Shown in pieces: positions 47,196 through 58,627 of a DNA stretch of 64,000 nt. How positions within the stretch are numbered: position 1 is the first letter of the stretch; each line of letters starts with the position of its first letter. This stretch comes from an uncultured Pelagibacteraceae bacterium (GTDB taxonomy: Bacteria; Pseudomonadota; Alphaproteobacteria; Pelagibacterales; Pelagibacteraceae). The stretch lies in contig CACHYG010000001.1 of NCBI GenBank assembly GCA_902584015.1, positions 18,263-82,262 of the forward strand, given 5' to 3'. The translations under genes and the position numbers were made by a program. The notes beneath the pieces were generated by a model. It was not told the DNA's origin, did not search any database, and saw only the letters and a program-made list of their open reading frames with translations.

Positions 47196-48356
47196 TTATT
47201 TAGTAATCTCTACAACTTTTTTTGCAGCCTCAGATAAATCCGAGGCAGAAATAATTTTTAATTTGGAATCGTCTAATATTTTTTTTCCTTTTTCATAATT
47301 AGTACCTGCTAATCTGACAACTAATGGGGTGTCTATTTTCATTTCTTTTGCAGCTTCAACTACTCCTAAAGCTAATACATCGCATCTCATGATGCCTCCA
47401 AAGATATTAATTAAAATAGCTTTTACATTTTTATCACTGAGTATCATTTTAAAAGCAGCTACAACTTTATCTTTTGATGCTCCGCCGCCAACATCTAGAA
47501 AGTTTGCTGGGCTGCCACCAAATAATTTTATTATATCCATTGTTGCCATAGCTAGTCCTGCACCATTTACCATACATCCAATATTTCCATCGAGTTTAAT
47601 ATAAGAAAGTTCTTTTTTATTTGCTTCAATTTCAGTTGGATCTTCTTCATTTAAATCACGTAGTTCATAAATGTCTGGGTGTCTAAAAATAGCGTTATCG
47701 TCAAAATTAATTTTTGCATCTAAACAAAGAATATTGTTTTCTTTTGTTAAAACTAAAGGGTTTATCTCAATTAAACTTGCGTCTTTTTCTATAAATAATC
47801 TATACATAGATTTAATAAGTTCAATTGCTTGGTCTTTAGCATCATATTCTAATTTAAAAACATCTATTACTTTCTCACAATCTAAATCAGAAATTTCTTT
47901 TTCTACATCAATTCTTGTTGTAATTATTTTTTCAGGATTTTTATTTGCTATTTCTTCAATGTCCATTCCTCCTTCTAAACAAGAAATAAATGCAATCTTA
48001 GATTTTGCTCTATCTACCAAGCACGATAAGTAAAATTCTTTATCTATTCTAGATGACTCCTCTACATATAATTTTTTAACTTTTTTGCCTTTTGGTCCTG
48101 ATTGATTAGTGACTAAAGTTTTACCTAGCATTTGATCAGCAGCTTGCTTTAATTCCTCTAAGGAATTAGTAATTTTAATACCTCCAGCTTTTCCTCTTCC
48201 ACCAGAGTGAATTTGGGCTTTTAAAACGTATTTTTCAGTCTTGAGTAATTTTGATTTATTTAATAGATCTTTAGATGTATCGCCGTGAACTCCATTTGGA
48301 ACTGGAGCGCCAAATTTTTTAAGTAATTCTTTTGCTTGGTATTCATGAATATTCAT
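47196..48356 (-). CDS. sucC: Succinyl-CoA synthetase beta subunit
   Basis: [44 protein letters not shown]. Confidence 0.97.
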   Translation of the reverse strand: MNIHEYQAKELLKKFGAPVPNGVHGDTSKDLLNKSKLLKTEKYVLKAQIHSGGRGKAGGIKITNSLEELKQAADQMLGKTLVTNQSGPKGKKVKKLYVEESSRIDKEFYLSCLVDRAKSKIAFISCLEGGMDIEEIANKNPEKIITTRIDVEKEISDLDCEKVIDVFKLEYDAKDQAIELIKSMYRLFIEKDASLIEINPLVLTKENNILCLDAKINFDDNAIFRHPDIYELRDLNEEDPTEIEANKKELSYIKLDGNIGCMVNGAGLAMATMDIIKLFGGSPANFLDVGGGASKDKVVAAFKMILSDKNVKAILINIFGGIMRCDVLALGVVEAAKEMKIDTPLVVRLAGTNYEKGKKILDDSKLKIISASDLSEAAKKVVEITK

Positions 48357-49321
48357 CAATTATTCAATTCAGGATCAATTTTTACGGCTGCCTCCCAAAG
48401 CTTTTCAACCGCACTTACCGAATTTAAAAATTCTTTTTTTTCTTTTTCATCGAGCTGGATTTCCTCAATTTTTTCGACACCTTTATTTCCTATCAAAACT
48501 GGAACACCAGCATAAACGTTTTTAATACCATACTCGCCGTTTAAATGTGCTGCACATGGTAAAACTTTTTTTTCATCATTAAGAAAAGATATAGCCATCT
48601 CTACGCCCGAAGCTGCGGGAGCATAATAAGCTGATCCTTTCTCTAAATATTTTACTATTTCTGCACCCCCATCTCTTGTTCTCTGATTAATACTTTCAAC
48701 TTTATCTGCTGAAATTTTTCCCTCACTAATTAAATCATTCAGCATTTTACCGTTAACTTTAGTAAATCTAGGAAGCGGGACCATTGTATCTCCATGACCA
48801 CCCATAACCATTGCATCGATTTGTTTTACTGGCACACCTAATTCTAAAGATAAAAAAAGTTTAAATCTCGAGCTATCAAGAATACCTGCCATTCCAACAA
48901 CTTTATTTGTTGGTAATTTTGAGTACTTCTGAAATGCCATGACCATAACATCTAACGGATTAGTAATACAAATTACAAATGCCTCTGGGCAGTTATTTTT
49001 TACACCAATAGCAACTTGCTTCATGATTTTTAAATTAATACCTAATAGATCATCTCTGCTCATTCCAGGTTTTCTAGGTACGCCTGCAGTAATTATTATA
49101 ACGTTGGAATCTTTTATATCCTCATACTTGTCTGTACCTTTAAATTTTACATCGAAACCATCAACTGAGGATGATTGTGCAATATCTAATGCTTTACCTT
49201 TTGCAACACCTGGGGCAACATCAAACAATACAACTTCAGAAACAATTTCTTTAAGCCCAATTAAATGCGCTAGCGTGCCTCCTATTTGACCAGCCCCTAT
49301 AAGTGAAATTTTTTTTTTCAT
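48356..49321 (-). CDS. mdh: Malate dehydrogenase (LDH-like)
   Basis: [40 protein letters not shown]. Confidence 0.97.
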   Translation of the reverse strand: MKKKISLIGAGQIGGTLAHLIGLKEIVSEVVLFDVAPGVAKGKALDIAQSSSVDGFDVKFKGTDKYEDIKDSNVIIITAGVPRKPGMSRDDLLGINLKIMKQVAIGVKNNCPEAFVICITNPLDVMVMAFQKYSKLPTNKVVGMAGILDSSRFKLFLSLELGVPVKQIDAMVMGGHGDTMVPLPRFTKVNGKMLNDLISEGKISADKVESINQRTRDGGAEIVKYLEKGSAYYAPAASGVEMAISFLNDEKKVLPCAAHLNGEYGIKNVYAGVPVLIGNKGVEKIEEIQLDEKEKKEFLNSVSAVEKLWEAAVKIDPELNN

Positions 49322-49322
49322 G

Positions 49323-50816
49323 TTATTTCATTGTAGGCATAACAAACTCTGGGTTTGATCTTATGCCTGATGGCCATCTCGACGTTACAGTTTTAAGCTT
49401 TGTGTAAAATCTGACACCCTCTGGTCCATGCATGTGTTGATCGCCAAAAAGAGATCTTTTCCAACCTCCAAAACTATGAAACGCCATTGGTACAGGTATC
49501 GGAATATTTATTCCAACCATTCCAACTTTTATTTTACTGGAAAAACTTCTCGCTACATCACCATCTCTTGTAAAAATACTTACTCCATTTCCAAATTCGT
49601 GATCATTTACTAATTGTGTAGCTTCAGAAAAATCATTTGCACGTACTACTGATAATACTGGTCCAAATATTTCCTCATTATAGATTCTCATATCTTTTTT
49701 AACATCGTCAAACAAACATCCTCCAATAAAGAAACCTTTTTCATATCCTTGTAGTTTTAAGTTTCTTCCATCTACAACAAGTTTTGCTCCTTCTTTAATA
49801 CCTAAATCAACATATCCTTTGACTTTATCTAAATGTTCTTTTGTTACCAATGGACCCATCTCAGAATTTTTATCCATGCCAGGGCCAACTTTTAAAGCTT
49901 CTACTTTTCTTGATAATTTTTCAACTAATTTATCGCCAATACCACCAACTGCAACTGCAACGGATTGAGCCATACATCTTTCTCCTGCAGATCCATAAGC
50001 TGCTCCCATCAAGCCATTTACTGCTTGATCTAAGTCGCAGTCAGGCATTACAACACAATGATTTTTAGCTCCGCCAAGGGCCTGAACTCTTTTTTCATTT
50101 TTAGCGGCATTTTCATAAATATATTTTGCAATTGGAGTAGATCCAACAAAACTTACAGCCTGAATATCTTTGTTAACTAAAATTGCATCCACAACTTCTT
50201 TATCTCCATTAACAACATTAAATACACCATCTGGTAAACCAGCTTCTTTAAATAGTTCCGCTAGTTTTATTGAACATGATGGATCTTTTTCAGATGGTTT
50301 TAGTATAAATGTATTTCCGCATGCAATTGCCATTGGAAACATCCACATGGGAACCATGGCTGGAAAATTAAATGGGGTAATACCAGCACAAACCCCCAAT
50401 GGTTGTCTTATAGACCAGCTATCAACTTCAGAGCCAACATTCTCAGTAAACTCTCCTTTTAAGATTTGGGGAATTCCGCATGCAAATTCAACAATTTCTA
50501 AACCTCTTGTCAAAGAGCCCTTTGCATCTTCATAAACTTTTCCATGTTCTGCAACGATCATTTTTGTTATCTCATCAGAATTTTTCTCGATTAATTCTTT
50601 AAACTTAAACATTACTCTTGCTCTTTGGAGTGGTGGCTTAAGTGACCAACTTTCAAAAGCTTTTTTTGCGATTAAAACCGCATTATCTAAATCTTTTTTG
50701 GATCCTAGTATCACTTCAGAAGTTTGTTCTCCAATTGCAGGATTGAAAACTTTACCTCTTCTCTTGGAATCACCTTTAGATAAATGTCCATTTACAAAGT
50801 GTTCAATTAAATTCAT
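49323..50816 (-). CDS. mmsA: CoA-acylating (methyl)malonate-semialdehyde dehydrogenase
   Basis: [50 protein letters not shown]. Confidence 0.93.
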   Translation of the reverse strand: MNLIEHFVNGHLSKGDSKRRGKVFNPAIGEQTSEVILGSKKDLDNAVLIAKKAFESWSLKPPLQRARVMFKFKELIEKNSDEITKMIVAEHGKVYEDAKGSLTRGLEIVEFACGIPQILKGEFTENVGSEVDSWSIRQPLGVCAGITPFNFPAMVPMWMFPMAIACGNTFILKPSEKDPSCSIKLAELFKEAGLPDGVFNVVNGDKEVVDAILVNKDIQAVSFVGSTPIAKYIYENAAKNEKRVQALGGAKNHCVVMPDCDLDQAVNGLMGAAYGSAGERCMAQSVAVAVGGIGDKLVEKLSRKVEALKVGPGMDKNSEMGPLVTKEHLDKVKGYVDLGIKEGAKLVVDGRNLKLQGYEKGFFIGGCLFDDVKKDMRIYNEEIFGPVLSVVRANDFSEATQLVNDHEFGNGVSIFTRDGDVARSFSSKIKVGMVGINIPIPVPMAFHSFGGWKRSLFGDQHMHGPEGVRFYTKLKTVTSRWPSGIRSNPEFVMPTMK

Positions 50817-50839
50817 TGAAAAATTATTTAAATAACTAA

Positions 50840-51613
50840 TTAGCTTGTTGCAAGCATTTTCTTAATAGACGCAATCGCTTTTGCTGGATTTAAACCCTTT
50901 GGGCACGCGTTTGTACAATTCATGATGGTATGACATCTATATAATTTTAACTCATCTGCAACTTTTTTAAGTCTCTCTTTTCTATCTTCATCCCTACTAT
51001 CTATGATCCATCTATAAGCTTGAAGTAAGACGGCTGGTCCTAAATATTTTTCTCCATTCCACCAATAACTTGGGCAAGACGTTGAACAGCAAGCACACAT
51101 TATGCATTCATACAAACCATCTAATTTTGCTCTATCTTTTTTGGATTGTAGATTTTCTTTTTCATCGTTTTTTTTTGAGGTTTTAAGCCAAGGTTCTACT
51201 GACTCGTATTGCTTGTATAATGTGCTTAAATCTCCAATCAAATCCTTTAACACTTTTAAATGAGGCAAAGGATAAATATTTATATCACCTTTAATTTCAG
51301 AGTGTGGTTTGGTACAAGCAAGCCCATTTTTTCCATCCATATTCATTGCGCAAGAACCACAAACTCCATGAGCGCAAGATCTTCTATAAGCAATAGATGG
51401 ATCGATTTCGTTTTTAATTTTATTTAAGATGTCTAAAACTTTAGAAGGACAATTGTCCATATCAACTTCATAAGTGTCTATTCTTGGATTTTTTCCAGTG
51501 GAAGGATCCCATCTGTAAACGTTTACTTTCCTTAAATTTTTCGATCCTGTTTTATCTTTAAAATAGTTTCCTTTTTCAATCTTTGAGTTCTCAGGTAACC
51601 TTATTTGAACCAT
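50840..51613 (-). CDS. sdhB: Succinate dehydrogenase Fe-S subunit
   Basis: [40 protein letters not shown]. Confidence 0.96.
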   Translation of the reverse strand: MVQIRLPENSKIEKGNYFKDKTGSKNLRKVNVYRWDPSTGKNPRIDTYEVDMDNCPSKVLDILNKIKNEIDPSIAYRRSCAHGVCGSCAMNMDGKNGLACTKPHSEIKGDINIYPLPHLKVLKDLIGDLSTLYKQYESVEPWLKTSKKNDEKENLQSKKDRAKLDGLYECIMCACCSTSCPSYWWNGEKYLGPAVLLQAYRWIIDSRDEDRKERLKKVADELKLYRCHTIMNCTNACPKGLNPAKAIASIKKMLATS

Positions 51614-53388
51614 TAATATACTCTTTCTCGTGGAGGAAAGTACTGAACATCACTTGTGAGTGTTGAAATATTTACTGGTCTGTAGTCAATTTTAGTTTTT
51701 GTACCATCACACCATGACAATGTATGTTTCATAAAATATTTGTCGTCTCTTTTTGGAAAATCTTCTCTTGCGTGAGCACCTCTGCTCTCTTTTCTGCTAT
51801 ATGCAGAGTCCATAGTTGTGATTGCTTGTCTAATTAAATTATCAAATTCAAGTGTTTCAACTAAATCTGTATTAAAAATCAATGAATTGTCTTTTACAGA
51901 GATATTTTCCATTTCTTCAAAAGGTTTTCTAATTTCATTTACACCTTCTGTTAAAGTTTTTTCGGTTCTAAATACTGCACATTTTGATTGCATAGTTTTT
52001 TGCATTGCCAACCTTAATTCTGCAGTGGGATTTGATCCTTTAGAGTTTCTTAATTTATCAAATCTCTCTAGGCATTTATCTGTTTCACTTTGAGGTATGT
52101 CTTCATGTTTCATACCAGGTTTTACTAGTTCAGCGGCTCTTTTTGCTGCTGCTCTGCCAAATACAACTAAATCAATTAAAGAATTTGATCCTAGTCTATT
52201 TGCACCATGAACAGAAACACAAGCAGCCTCACCAATTGCCATAAGTCCTGGTACAGTTTTTTCTGATCCATTCATTGTTATTACTTCCGCTTTATAATTA
52301 GTAGGTATTCCACCCATATTATAATGAACTGTCGGTACCACTGGAATTGGTTCCTTAGTTACATCAACGTTTGCAAAAAGTCTTGAAGCTTCTGAGATAC
52401 CTGGCAATCTGTCCTCAATTACTTTTTGGTCTAAATGATTTAGATGTAAATGAACATGATCTTTATCCTTACCAACACCACGTCCTTCATTAATTTCGAC
52501 TGCGATTGATCTACTTACAACATCTCTGGAAGCAAGATCTTTTGCTTTAGGCGCATATTTTTCCATAAACCTTTCACCCTTAGAGTTTACTAAATATCCT
52601 CCCTCACCTCTAACACCTTCAGAAATTAAAGTTCCATGACCATAAATTCCTGTAGGATGAAATTGTACAAATTCCATATCTTGAAGTGGTAATCCAGCTC
52701 TTAAAACCATTGCATTTCCATCGCCAGTACAAGTATGAGCAGAAGTTGCTGAATAATAGACTTTGCCATATCCACCAGTTGCTATTATTGTAATATGTGA
52801 TCTGAACCTATGAATTGTTCCATCATTCAAGTTCCATGCTATCAATCCTTTGCACTCTCCATTTTTCATTAATAAATCTAATGCAAAATATTCAATAAAA
52901 AATTCAGTATTGTGTTTCAAAGCTTGACCATAAAGCGTGTGCAAAATTGCATGGCCTGTTCTATCAGCTGCCGCACAAGTTCTCTGCACCGTTCCATTTC
53001 CATAATTTTTTGTCATACCACCAAATGGTCTTTGATAAATTTTGCCATCTTCTGTTCTACTAAATGGCACTCCATATTTTTCAAGCTCTAAAACTGCTCT
53101 TGGTGCTTCTTTACAAAGATATTCTATACAGTCTTGATCTCCCAACCAATCAGATCCTTTAACAGTATCATACATATGCCATCTCCAATCGTCTTCACCC
53201 ATATTTCCTAATGCTGCTGAAATGCCTCCTTGGGCTGCAGATGTATGACTACGTGTTGGGAATACTTTTGAGATACATGCTGTCTTTAATCCAGCTTCGC
53301 TTAATCCAACTGCAGCTCTAAGACCAGATCCTCCTGCACCCAAAACTACAACATCGTATTCGTGATCTATTATTTTATAACTACTCAT
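51613..53388 (-). CDS. sdhA: Succinate dehydrogenase flavoprotein
   Basis: [16 protein letters not shown] (FAD-His), [31 protein letters not shown]. Confidence 0.98.
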   Translation of the reverse strand: MSSYKIIDHEYDVVVLGAGGSGLRAAVGLSEAGLKTACISKVFPTRSHTSAAQGGISAALGNMGEDDWRWHMYDTVKGSDWLGDQDCIEYLCKEAPRAVLELEKYGVPFSRTEDGKIYQRPFGGMTKNYGNGTVQRTCAAADRTGHAILHTLYGQALKHNTEFFIEYFALDLLMKNGECKGLIAWNLNDGTIHRFRSHITIIATGGYGKVYYSATSAHTCTGDGNAMVLRAGLPLQDMEFVQFHPTGIYGHGTLISEGVRGEGGYLVNSKGERFMEKYAPKAKDLASRDVVSRSIAVEINEGRGVGKDKDHVHLHLNHLDQKVIEDRLPGISEASRLFANVDVTKEPIPVVPTVHYNMGGIPTNYKAEVITMNGSEKTVPGLMAIGEAACVSVHGANRLGSNSLIDLVVFGRAAAKRAAELVKPGMKHEDIPQSETDKCLERFDKLRNSKGSNPTAELRLAMQKTMQSKCAVFRTEKTLTEGVNEIRKPFEEMENISVKDNSLIFNTDLVETLEFDNLIRQAITTMDSAYSRKESRGAHAREDFPKRDDKYFMKHTLSWCDGTKTKIDYRPVNISTLTSDVQYFPPRERVY

Positions 53389-53714
53389 AAACTTAATTTG
53401 TATAATATAAATATTGTAAAAATTGGCATTATAATAGCAAATAAATAGAGTATTTTGTTTGCGACATTTTTTAATTTTTCACTCACTATATAATCCTCAA
53501 ATACCTCACTTATGCTTAATGCTGAGTAAAAATAGGCAATTACTACAAATAAAGAGAACAAAAACTTATTTGGCTGTTTTGCAAAAAAAGAATTAATGTC
53601 CTCAAAACCCATATTATATATAGAAACCAGCTGAAATACGAACCAGATCATCAGAGGCAACATAATTACAGCACTCACTTTTAGAAAAATCCACTTTTTT
53701 GTTGCAGTAATCAT
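53385..53714 (-). CDS. sdhD: Succinate dehydrogenase membrane anchor SdhD (heme His replaced by Tyr)
   Basis: Three TM helices, EDY quinone motif, position between sdhC and sdhA. Confidence 0.85.
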   Translation of the reverse strand: MITATKKWIFLKVSAVIMLPLMIWFVFQLVSIYNMGFEDINSFFAKQPNKFLFSLFVVIAYFYSALSISEVFEDYIVSEKLKNVANKILYLFAIIMPIFTIFILYKLSL

Positions 53715-54097
53715 AATAAAAAGTTTTTTCCTAATATGTAAATAAAAAGAGTTAATATAAATGAACCAACTATCACTAATGACCCTGTAATATTTGCAAT
53801 TTTTAGTTCAAATCCAATGCCGTAGTCCCAAAACAAATGTCTTATTTCACTTAATATTTGAAAAGAAAAAGACCAAACAATTCCCAAAATTAAAAATTTT
53901 CCAAAAAAAGAATTTAAAAAAATAAAAACAAGTTCATAATTATCTTTTCCTAAAAGCAGACAGGAAACCCAGAAACATATTAAAGTTAAGGATGCAAAAT
54001 TTATTATTCCTGTAATTCGGTGTGAAATTGAAACTAAAGAGGATATATGCCAGTTATATATTTGAATGTGTGGTGATAATGGATTGTCATTTTTCAT
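53711..54097 (-). CDS. sdhC: Succinate dehydrogenase membrane anchor SdhC (heme His replaced by Gln)
   Basis: PLSPHIQIY, SISHRITG, IRHLFWD. Confidence 0.92.
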   Translation of the reverse strand: MKNDNPLSPHIQIYNWHISSLVSISHRITGIINFASLTLICFWVSCLLLGKDNYELVFIFLNSFFGKFLILGIVWSFSFQILSEIRHLFWDYGIGFELKIANITGSLVIVGSFILTLFIYILGKNFLL

Positions 54098-55092
54098 TTT
54101 CCCATCCTAAAATATGTTTCTGCAATTTCTACAGCATTAAGAGCCGCACCTCTTAATAAGTTATCTGAAACAATCCATAAATTCAAAGAATTATTTTTTG
54201 AATTATCCTCTCTTATTCTTGAGACAAAAGTCTCATTTTTACCCACTGCATCTACTGGGGTAATGTAACCTGCATTTTCTCTTTTATCAAAAACTTTACA
54301 ACCTGGTGAGTTATTTAGAGTTTCACTTATTTTTTTTACAGTAAAAGGTTTTTCAAATTCAATATTAACAGACTCAGCATGAGAAACTTTTACTGGAATT
54401 CTCACACATGTTGCTGTGAGTTCAATTTTATCATCCAAAATCTTTTTTGTTTCACGAGTCATTTTTAACTCTTCTTTTGTGTATCCATCCTCTGCAAAAT
54501 CATCTATGTGAGGTATTGCGTTAAAAGCTATTTGTTTAGTAAAATTTTCTGAAGAAACATTTTTACTATTTATTATGGACATTGTTTGCTCAACCATTTC
54601 ATCCATCGGAGCTTTCCCTGCGCCAGAAGTTGATTGATATGTAGATACAACAACCCTTTTTATTTTAAATAAATCATGAAGTGGTTTTAAAACTATAACA
54701 AGCTGAGCTGTAGAACAATTGGGATTAGCAATTATATTTTTAGGTGTATTCTTCATGTCATTAGGATTAACTTGTGGAACTATAAGTGGAACCTCTGGAT
54801 CCATTCTAAAGAAACTTGAATTATCAACTACTATAGAATTTTTAGCAGCTTTTGGAGCAAACTTTTCTGAAATTTTTCCTCCAGCAGAGAAGAAAGTCAA
54901 ATCAACTTTTGAAAAATCAAAATCTTCTAGTAATTCAATTTTAACATCTTTGCCTTTAAAATTCAAAGATGATCCCAAACTTTTAGTTGAAGCTAATAAA
55001 TATAAATTATCCACCCTAAAATTTTTTTTTTCTAAAACCTCAAGGATCTTTCTTCCTACATTTCCAGTAGCTCCAACGATTGCAATATTCAT
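54094..55092 (-). CDS. asd: Aspartate-semialdehyde dehydrogenase
   Basis: VGATGNVG, DNSSFFRM, NPNCST, STYQSTSGAG, TCVRIP, DNLLRGAALNAV. Confidence 0.96.
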   Translation of the reverse strand: MNIAIVGATGNVGRKILEVLEKKNFRVDNLYLLASTKSLGSSLNFKGKDVKIELLEDFDFSKVDLTFFSAGGKISEKFAPKAAKNSIVVDNSSFFRMDPEVPLIVPQVNPNDMKNTPKNIIANPNCSTAQLVIVLKPLHDLFKIKRVVVSTYQSTSGAGKAPMDEMVEQTMSIINSKNVSSENFTKQIAFNAIPHIDDFAEDGYTKEELKMTRETKKILDDKIELTATCVRIPVKVSHAESVNIEFEKPFTVKKISETLNNSPGCKVFDKRENAGYITPVDAVGKNETFVSRIREDNSKNNSLNLWIVSDNLLRGAALNAVEIAETYFRMGK

Positions 55093-55113
55093 AGTATATT
55101 TTGTGAATTTATA

Positions 55114-56223
55114 CTAAATGAAAGGTAAATCGCAAACTTTTCCGCTTACGTTTTTACCGTTAATATTAACCTTAAATTCTTGAGATGGTTTAAAGTAAGG
55201 TTTTTTGATCATAGCTATTCCAATTGCTTGTTTAAACATTGGGTTATATGATCCTGACCTAAGTTCGCCAATTAGTTCCTTTTTGCTATCGTACAAATTC
55301 ATTGATCCAGTAACGGAAATATTATCAATATCAAGTTTTACTCCCATTAGTTTTTTCTTAACACCCTCTGATCTTATTCGCTTAAGTGCTTCTTTTCCTA
55401 AAAATTCAATATCGTTATCAAGATTTATATATTTATCAAATCCACATTCATATGGATTATCGCCTAAATCCATATCATTTCCGTAAGACAGCAATGAACT
55501 TTCTAACCTTTCAATTAAGTTCGGACATCCTGGTTTTAAATTAAATTCATCACCTACCTCAAACAATTTATCATACAAAGCTAAACCAGCTTCAGTGTGC
55601 TCCATGTAGACCTCGTAGCCACCTTGTTTTGACCATCCTGATCTAGCAATAAGATGTTTTGCTCCACCAAATTCAAAGTAATCAAACCCAAAAAACTTTA
55701 ATTGAGTAATTTTAGGACCTAATACTTTTTCCATTAATTTAAATGATTTTGGTCCTTGAACTGAAAATATATCTACATCAGGCTCTGAAATATTTACATC
55801 AAAATTTCTTCCTATTGCAAGTCCTTTTGCGAATAGTCCAACATCAGAATCTGATAATGATATCCACCAGCGTGTATCCGAAAGTTTTAAAATAACAGGA
55901 TCGTTTATTAAACCTGCATTATCATCAATTATCGGACAATAGTAGCATCTACCTACTTTTGATTTTGATAAATCTCTACAAGTCATTAACTGTACAAGCT
56001 TAGCTGAATCTTTCCCTGAAATTTCAAGCTGTCTTTGTACTGCGGCATCCCAAACTTGAACATGCTCTTTAAGATGATGATATAATTTATCTAGCGGTCC
56101 AAATGCAGCTGGTAAAAGCATGTGATTATAGACTGTGTAATGAGTTACACCTTGTTTCTCAACTCTTGAGGTATATTTTGTTCCTCTAAGTCTTCTTGAT
56201 TTTGCAATATAAAAATTACTCAT
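55114..56223 (-). CDS. dmdA: DMSP demethylase (GcvT family)
   Basis: [65 protein letters not shown]; SAR11-type dmd cluster next to asd. Confidence 0.9.
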   Translation of the reverse strand: MSNFYIAKSRRLRGTKYTSRVEKQGVTHYTVYNHMLLPAAFGPLDKLYHHLKEHVQVWDAAVQRQLEISGKDSAKLVQLMTCRDLSKSKVGRCYYCPIIDDNAGLINDPVILKLSDTRWWISLSDSDVGLFAKGLAIGRNFDVNISEPDVDIFSVQGPKSFKLMEKVLGPKITQLKFFGFDYFEFGGAKHLIARSGWSKQGGYEVYMEHTEAGLALYDKLFEVGDEFNLKPGCPNLIERLESSLLSYGNDMDLGDNPYECGFDKYINLDNDIEFLGKEALKRIRSEGVKKKLMGVKLDIDNISVTGSMNLYDSKKELIGELRSGSYNPMFKQAIGIAMIKKPYFKPSQEFKVNINGKNVSGKVCDLPFI

Positions 56224-56999
56224 CAATTTAATAAAAATTCTTTAACTAGTTTTCTCATTTCGAAAGCTTTCTCATAAATAATCATATGACCACAGTTTTG
56301 AATTACTTTTACTTGTGAATTTTTTATACTTTCAGCCATTTGATTTCCTACTTTAAGTGGTACCATTTTGTCTAAATCTCCGAATATACATAGAGTTGGA
56401 CATTCTATTTTATCTAGAGATTCTTTTCCGGCTTTATAGTTGTTGCATGCGCTTAAGTCTACAGACAAAATTTCTCTTATTTCACGTGTTGAATTAATAA
56501 TTTTTTTTACTGGGTTTCCCCCAATGAAGGCTTTTGAGCCTTCATATCCCCATTTCATCATTAAATGAATGGCTTTATCATCTCCCGATTCTGCTAAATC
56601 TAACAAATCTTGGTTTACTGGCAGCATATAAGATCCTGCAACAAGAACTAATTTATTTATTAATTTTGGGTATTTTGATGCAAAATCTATTCCAATTAGG
56701 CAGCCTTGGGAATGACCAATAAAATTAACTTTTTCTAACCCTAGTTTATTAATTAAACCTGAAACCCAATCGGATGTTTCTTCAATCGATTTTATAGCTG
56801 GACCATCTGAATTTCCATGGCCAGGTAAATCTACTGATAAAACATTAAATCCCTGGGAAGCATAAAATTGTTCGTGAAGAGACCAAACAATATGTGTCAA
56901 CCCACTTCCATGCATCAAAAGTATTGTCGGTTTAGACTTTTCAATATCCATGCCCCCTGTTGAGATAAACACAATTTTATTGTCTACCTCTAAATTCAG
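56223..56999 (-). CDS. Alpha/beta-fold hydrolase (uncharacterised, dmd cluster); probable CTG start at 56999 (alternative GTG at 56972)
   Basis: HGSG oxyanion loop, DLPGHG, nucleophile GHSQG, GDLD, CGH. Confidence 0.85.
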   Translation of the reverse strand: MNLEVDNKIVFISTGGMDIEKSKPTILLMHGSGLTHIVWSLHEQFYASQGFNVLSVDLPGHGNSDGPAIKSIEETSDWVSGLINKLGLEKVNFIGHSQGCLIGIDFASKYPKLINKLVLVAGSYMLPVNQDLLDLAESGDDKAIHLMMKWGYEGSKAFIGGNPVKKIINSTREIREILSVDLSACNNYKAGKESLDKIECPTLCIFGDLDKMVPLKVGNQMAESIKNSQVKVIQNCGHMIIYEKAFEMRKLVKEFLLN

Positions 57000-58624
57000 T
57001 TTAGCTCCTTAGCCTTTTTTCTTAATTCAAACTTTTGGATTTTTCCTGTTGACGTTTTTGGTAATTCACAGAACTCAATTTTTTTTGGAACTTTAAATTT
57101 TGCCAATGTTTCCTTGCAAAAATCAATTAATTCTTTTTCTGTCGTTGGTTTATCTTTTACAGCTTCTATAAATGCACATGGTACTTCTCCCCATTTTTCA
57201 TCTGGTTTTGCTACTACTGCAGCAATTGATACAGAGGGATGTTTAGCTAATGTATTTTCAATTTCAATAGATGAAATATTTTCGCCGCCAGAAATAATGA
57301 TATCTTTTGATCTATCTTGTATTTTAATATAACCATCTGGGTGCATTACTGCTAAATCACCCGAGTGAAACCATCCGTCCTTCATTGCTTTATCAGTTGC
57401 TTCTTTGTCTTTAAAATATCCTTTCATGACAACATTTCCTCGTATCATTATCTCTCCAATGGTTTTTCCATCCCTTGGAACTTCTTTCATGGTTTCGGGA
57501 TCCATTATTGTAACACCTTCAGTGTTTGGATATCTGACACCTTGTCTTGCTTTTATTTCATTTTGTTTTTCTTCTTCAAATTCATTCCACTCATCATTCC
57601 AAGCACATTGTGTTACATGACCATAAGTTTCTGTTAAACCATAAACATGCATAACCTCAAAACCCAAACTTTTCATTTTTTTGAAAATTACGCTTGGGGG
57701 AGGTGCACCTGCAGTAAGAACATAAACTTTGTTTTTTAATTTTTTTCTGTCTGACTCTGGAGCGCCTGTAACCATATTTAAAACTATAGGTGCGCCACCA
57801 AAATGAGTTACATTGTATTTATCAATTAATTCAAATATTTTTTTAACATCAATATTTCTTAAACAAATTGTTCTTCCATTTAGCATTGGTACAGTCCATG
57901 GATAGCACCATCCATTACAATGAAACATTGGAACAATAGTTAAAAAATTTAATCTATTTGGCATATTCCACGCAGTAGCGCTTCCTGTTGACATTAAGTA
58001 TGCACCTCTATGATGATAAACAACACCTTTAGGATTTCCTGTTGTACCTGAAGTATAACTAAGTGTAATAGATTCCCATTCATTATCTGGCATTTTCCAC
58101 TTGTAATTTTCATCTCCAGAATCAAGGAATTCCTCATATTCTAGATCACCAATTTTTTCTAATTTAGATTGATCAGTAAATTTATCATGTATATCAATTA
58201 CAGTAATTTTTTTATTTAAAGTAGATAAAGCTTTCTTAACCTCTGCATGTAATTGTCTATCAACAACTAATACTTTAGCTTCGCTATGTTCTAAAATATA
58301 TGAAATTGTTTTAGCATCTAAACGAATATTGATTGTATTAAGAATTGCTCCAGTCATTGGGACTGAATAATGTGCTTCGAAAATTTCTGGAGTATTAAAA
58401 GCTAGGAACGAAACAGTATCTCCTTTTTTAATTCCTATTTTTTCTAGTGCGCTTGCAAATTTAAGGCATCTTTTATAAACTTGCGTCCAGGTATATTTTC
58501 TATCTTCATAGACAATAGCTTCATAATTTGGATAAATATCTTTTGCTCTTTTAATAAATGAAAGAGGTGTCAAAGGCACATGATTAGCCTTGTTTTTATC
58601 AAGATTTGTCTCGTAATGATTCAT
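56996..58624 (-). CDS. dmdB: Methylmercaptopropionate-CoA ligase (acyl-CoA synthetase)
   Basis: YTSGTTGNPKG, PMFHCNGW, YGLTE, SGD, IISGGENISS, PKTSTGK; located between dmdC and dmdA. Confidence 0.82.
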   Translation of the reverse strand: MNHYETNLDKNKANHVPLTPLSFIKRAKDIYPNYEAIVYEDRKYTWTQVYKRCLKFASALEKIGIKKGDTVSFLAFNTPEIFEAHYSVPMTGAILNTINIRLDAKTISYILEHSEAKVLVVDRQLHAEVKKALSTLNKKITVIDIHDKFTDQSKLEKIGDLEYEEFLDSGDENYKWKMPDNEWESITLSYTSGTTGNPKGVVYHHRGAYLMSTGSATAWNMPNRLNFLTIVPMFHCNGWCYPWTVPMLNGRTICLRNIDVKKIFELIDKYNVTHFGGAPIVLNMVTGAPESDRKKLKNKVYVLTAGAPPPSVIFKKMKSLGFEVMHVYGLTETYGHVTQCAWNDEWNEFEEEKQNEIKARQGVRYPNTEGVTIMDPETMKEVPRDGKTIGEIMIRGNVVMKGYFKDKEATDKAMKDGWFHSGDLAVMHPDGYIKIQDRSKDIIISGGENISSIEIENTLAKHPSVSIAAVVAKPDEKWGEVPCAFIEAVKDKPTTEKELIDFCKETLAKFKVPKKIEFCELPKTSTGKIQKFELRKKAKELN

Positions 58625-58627
58625 GAA

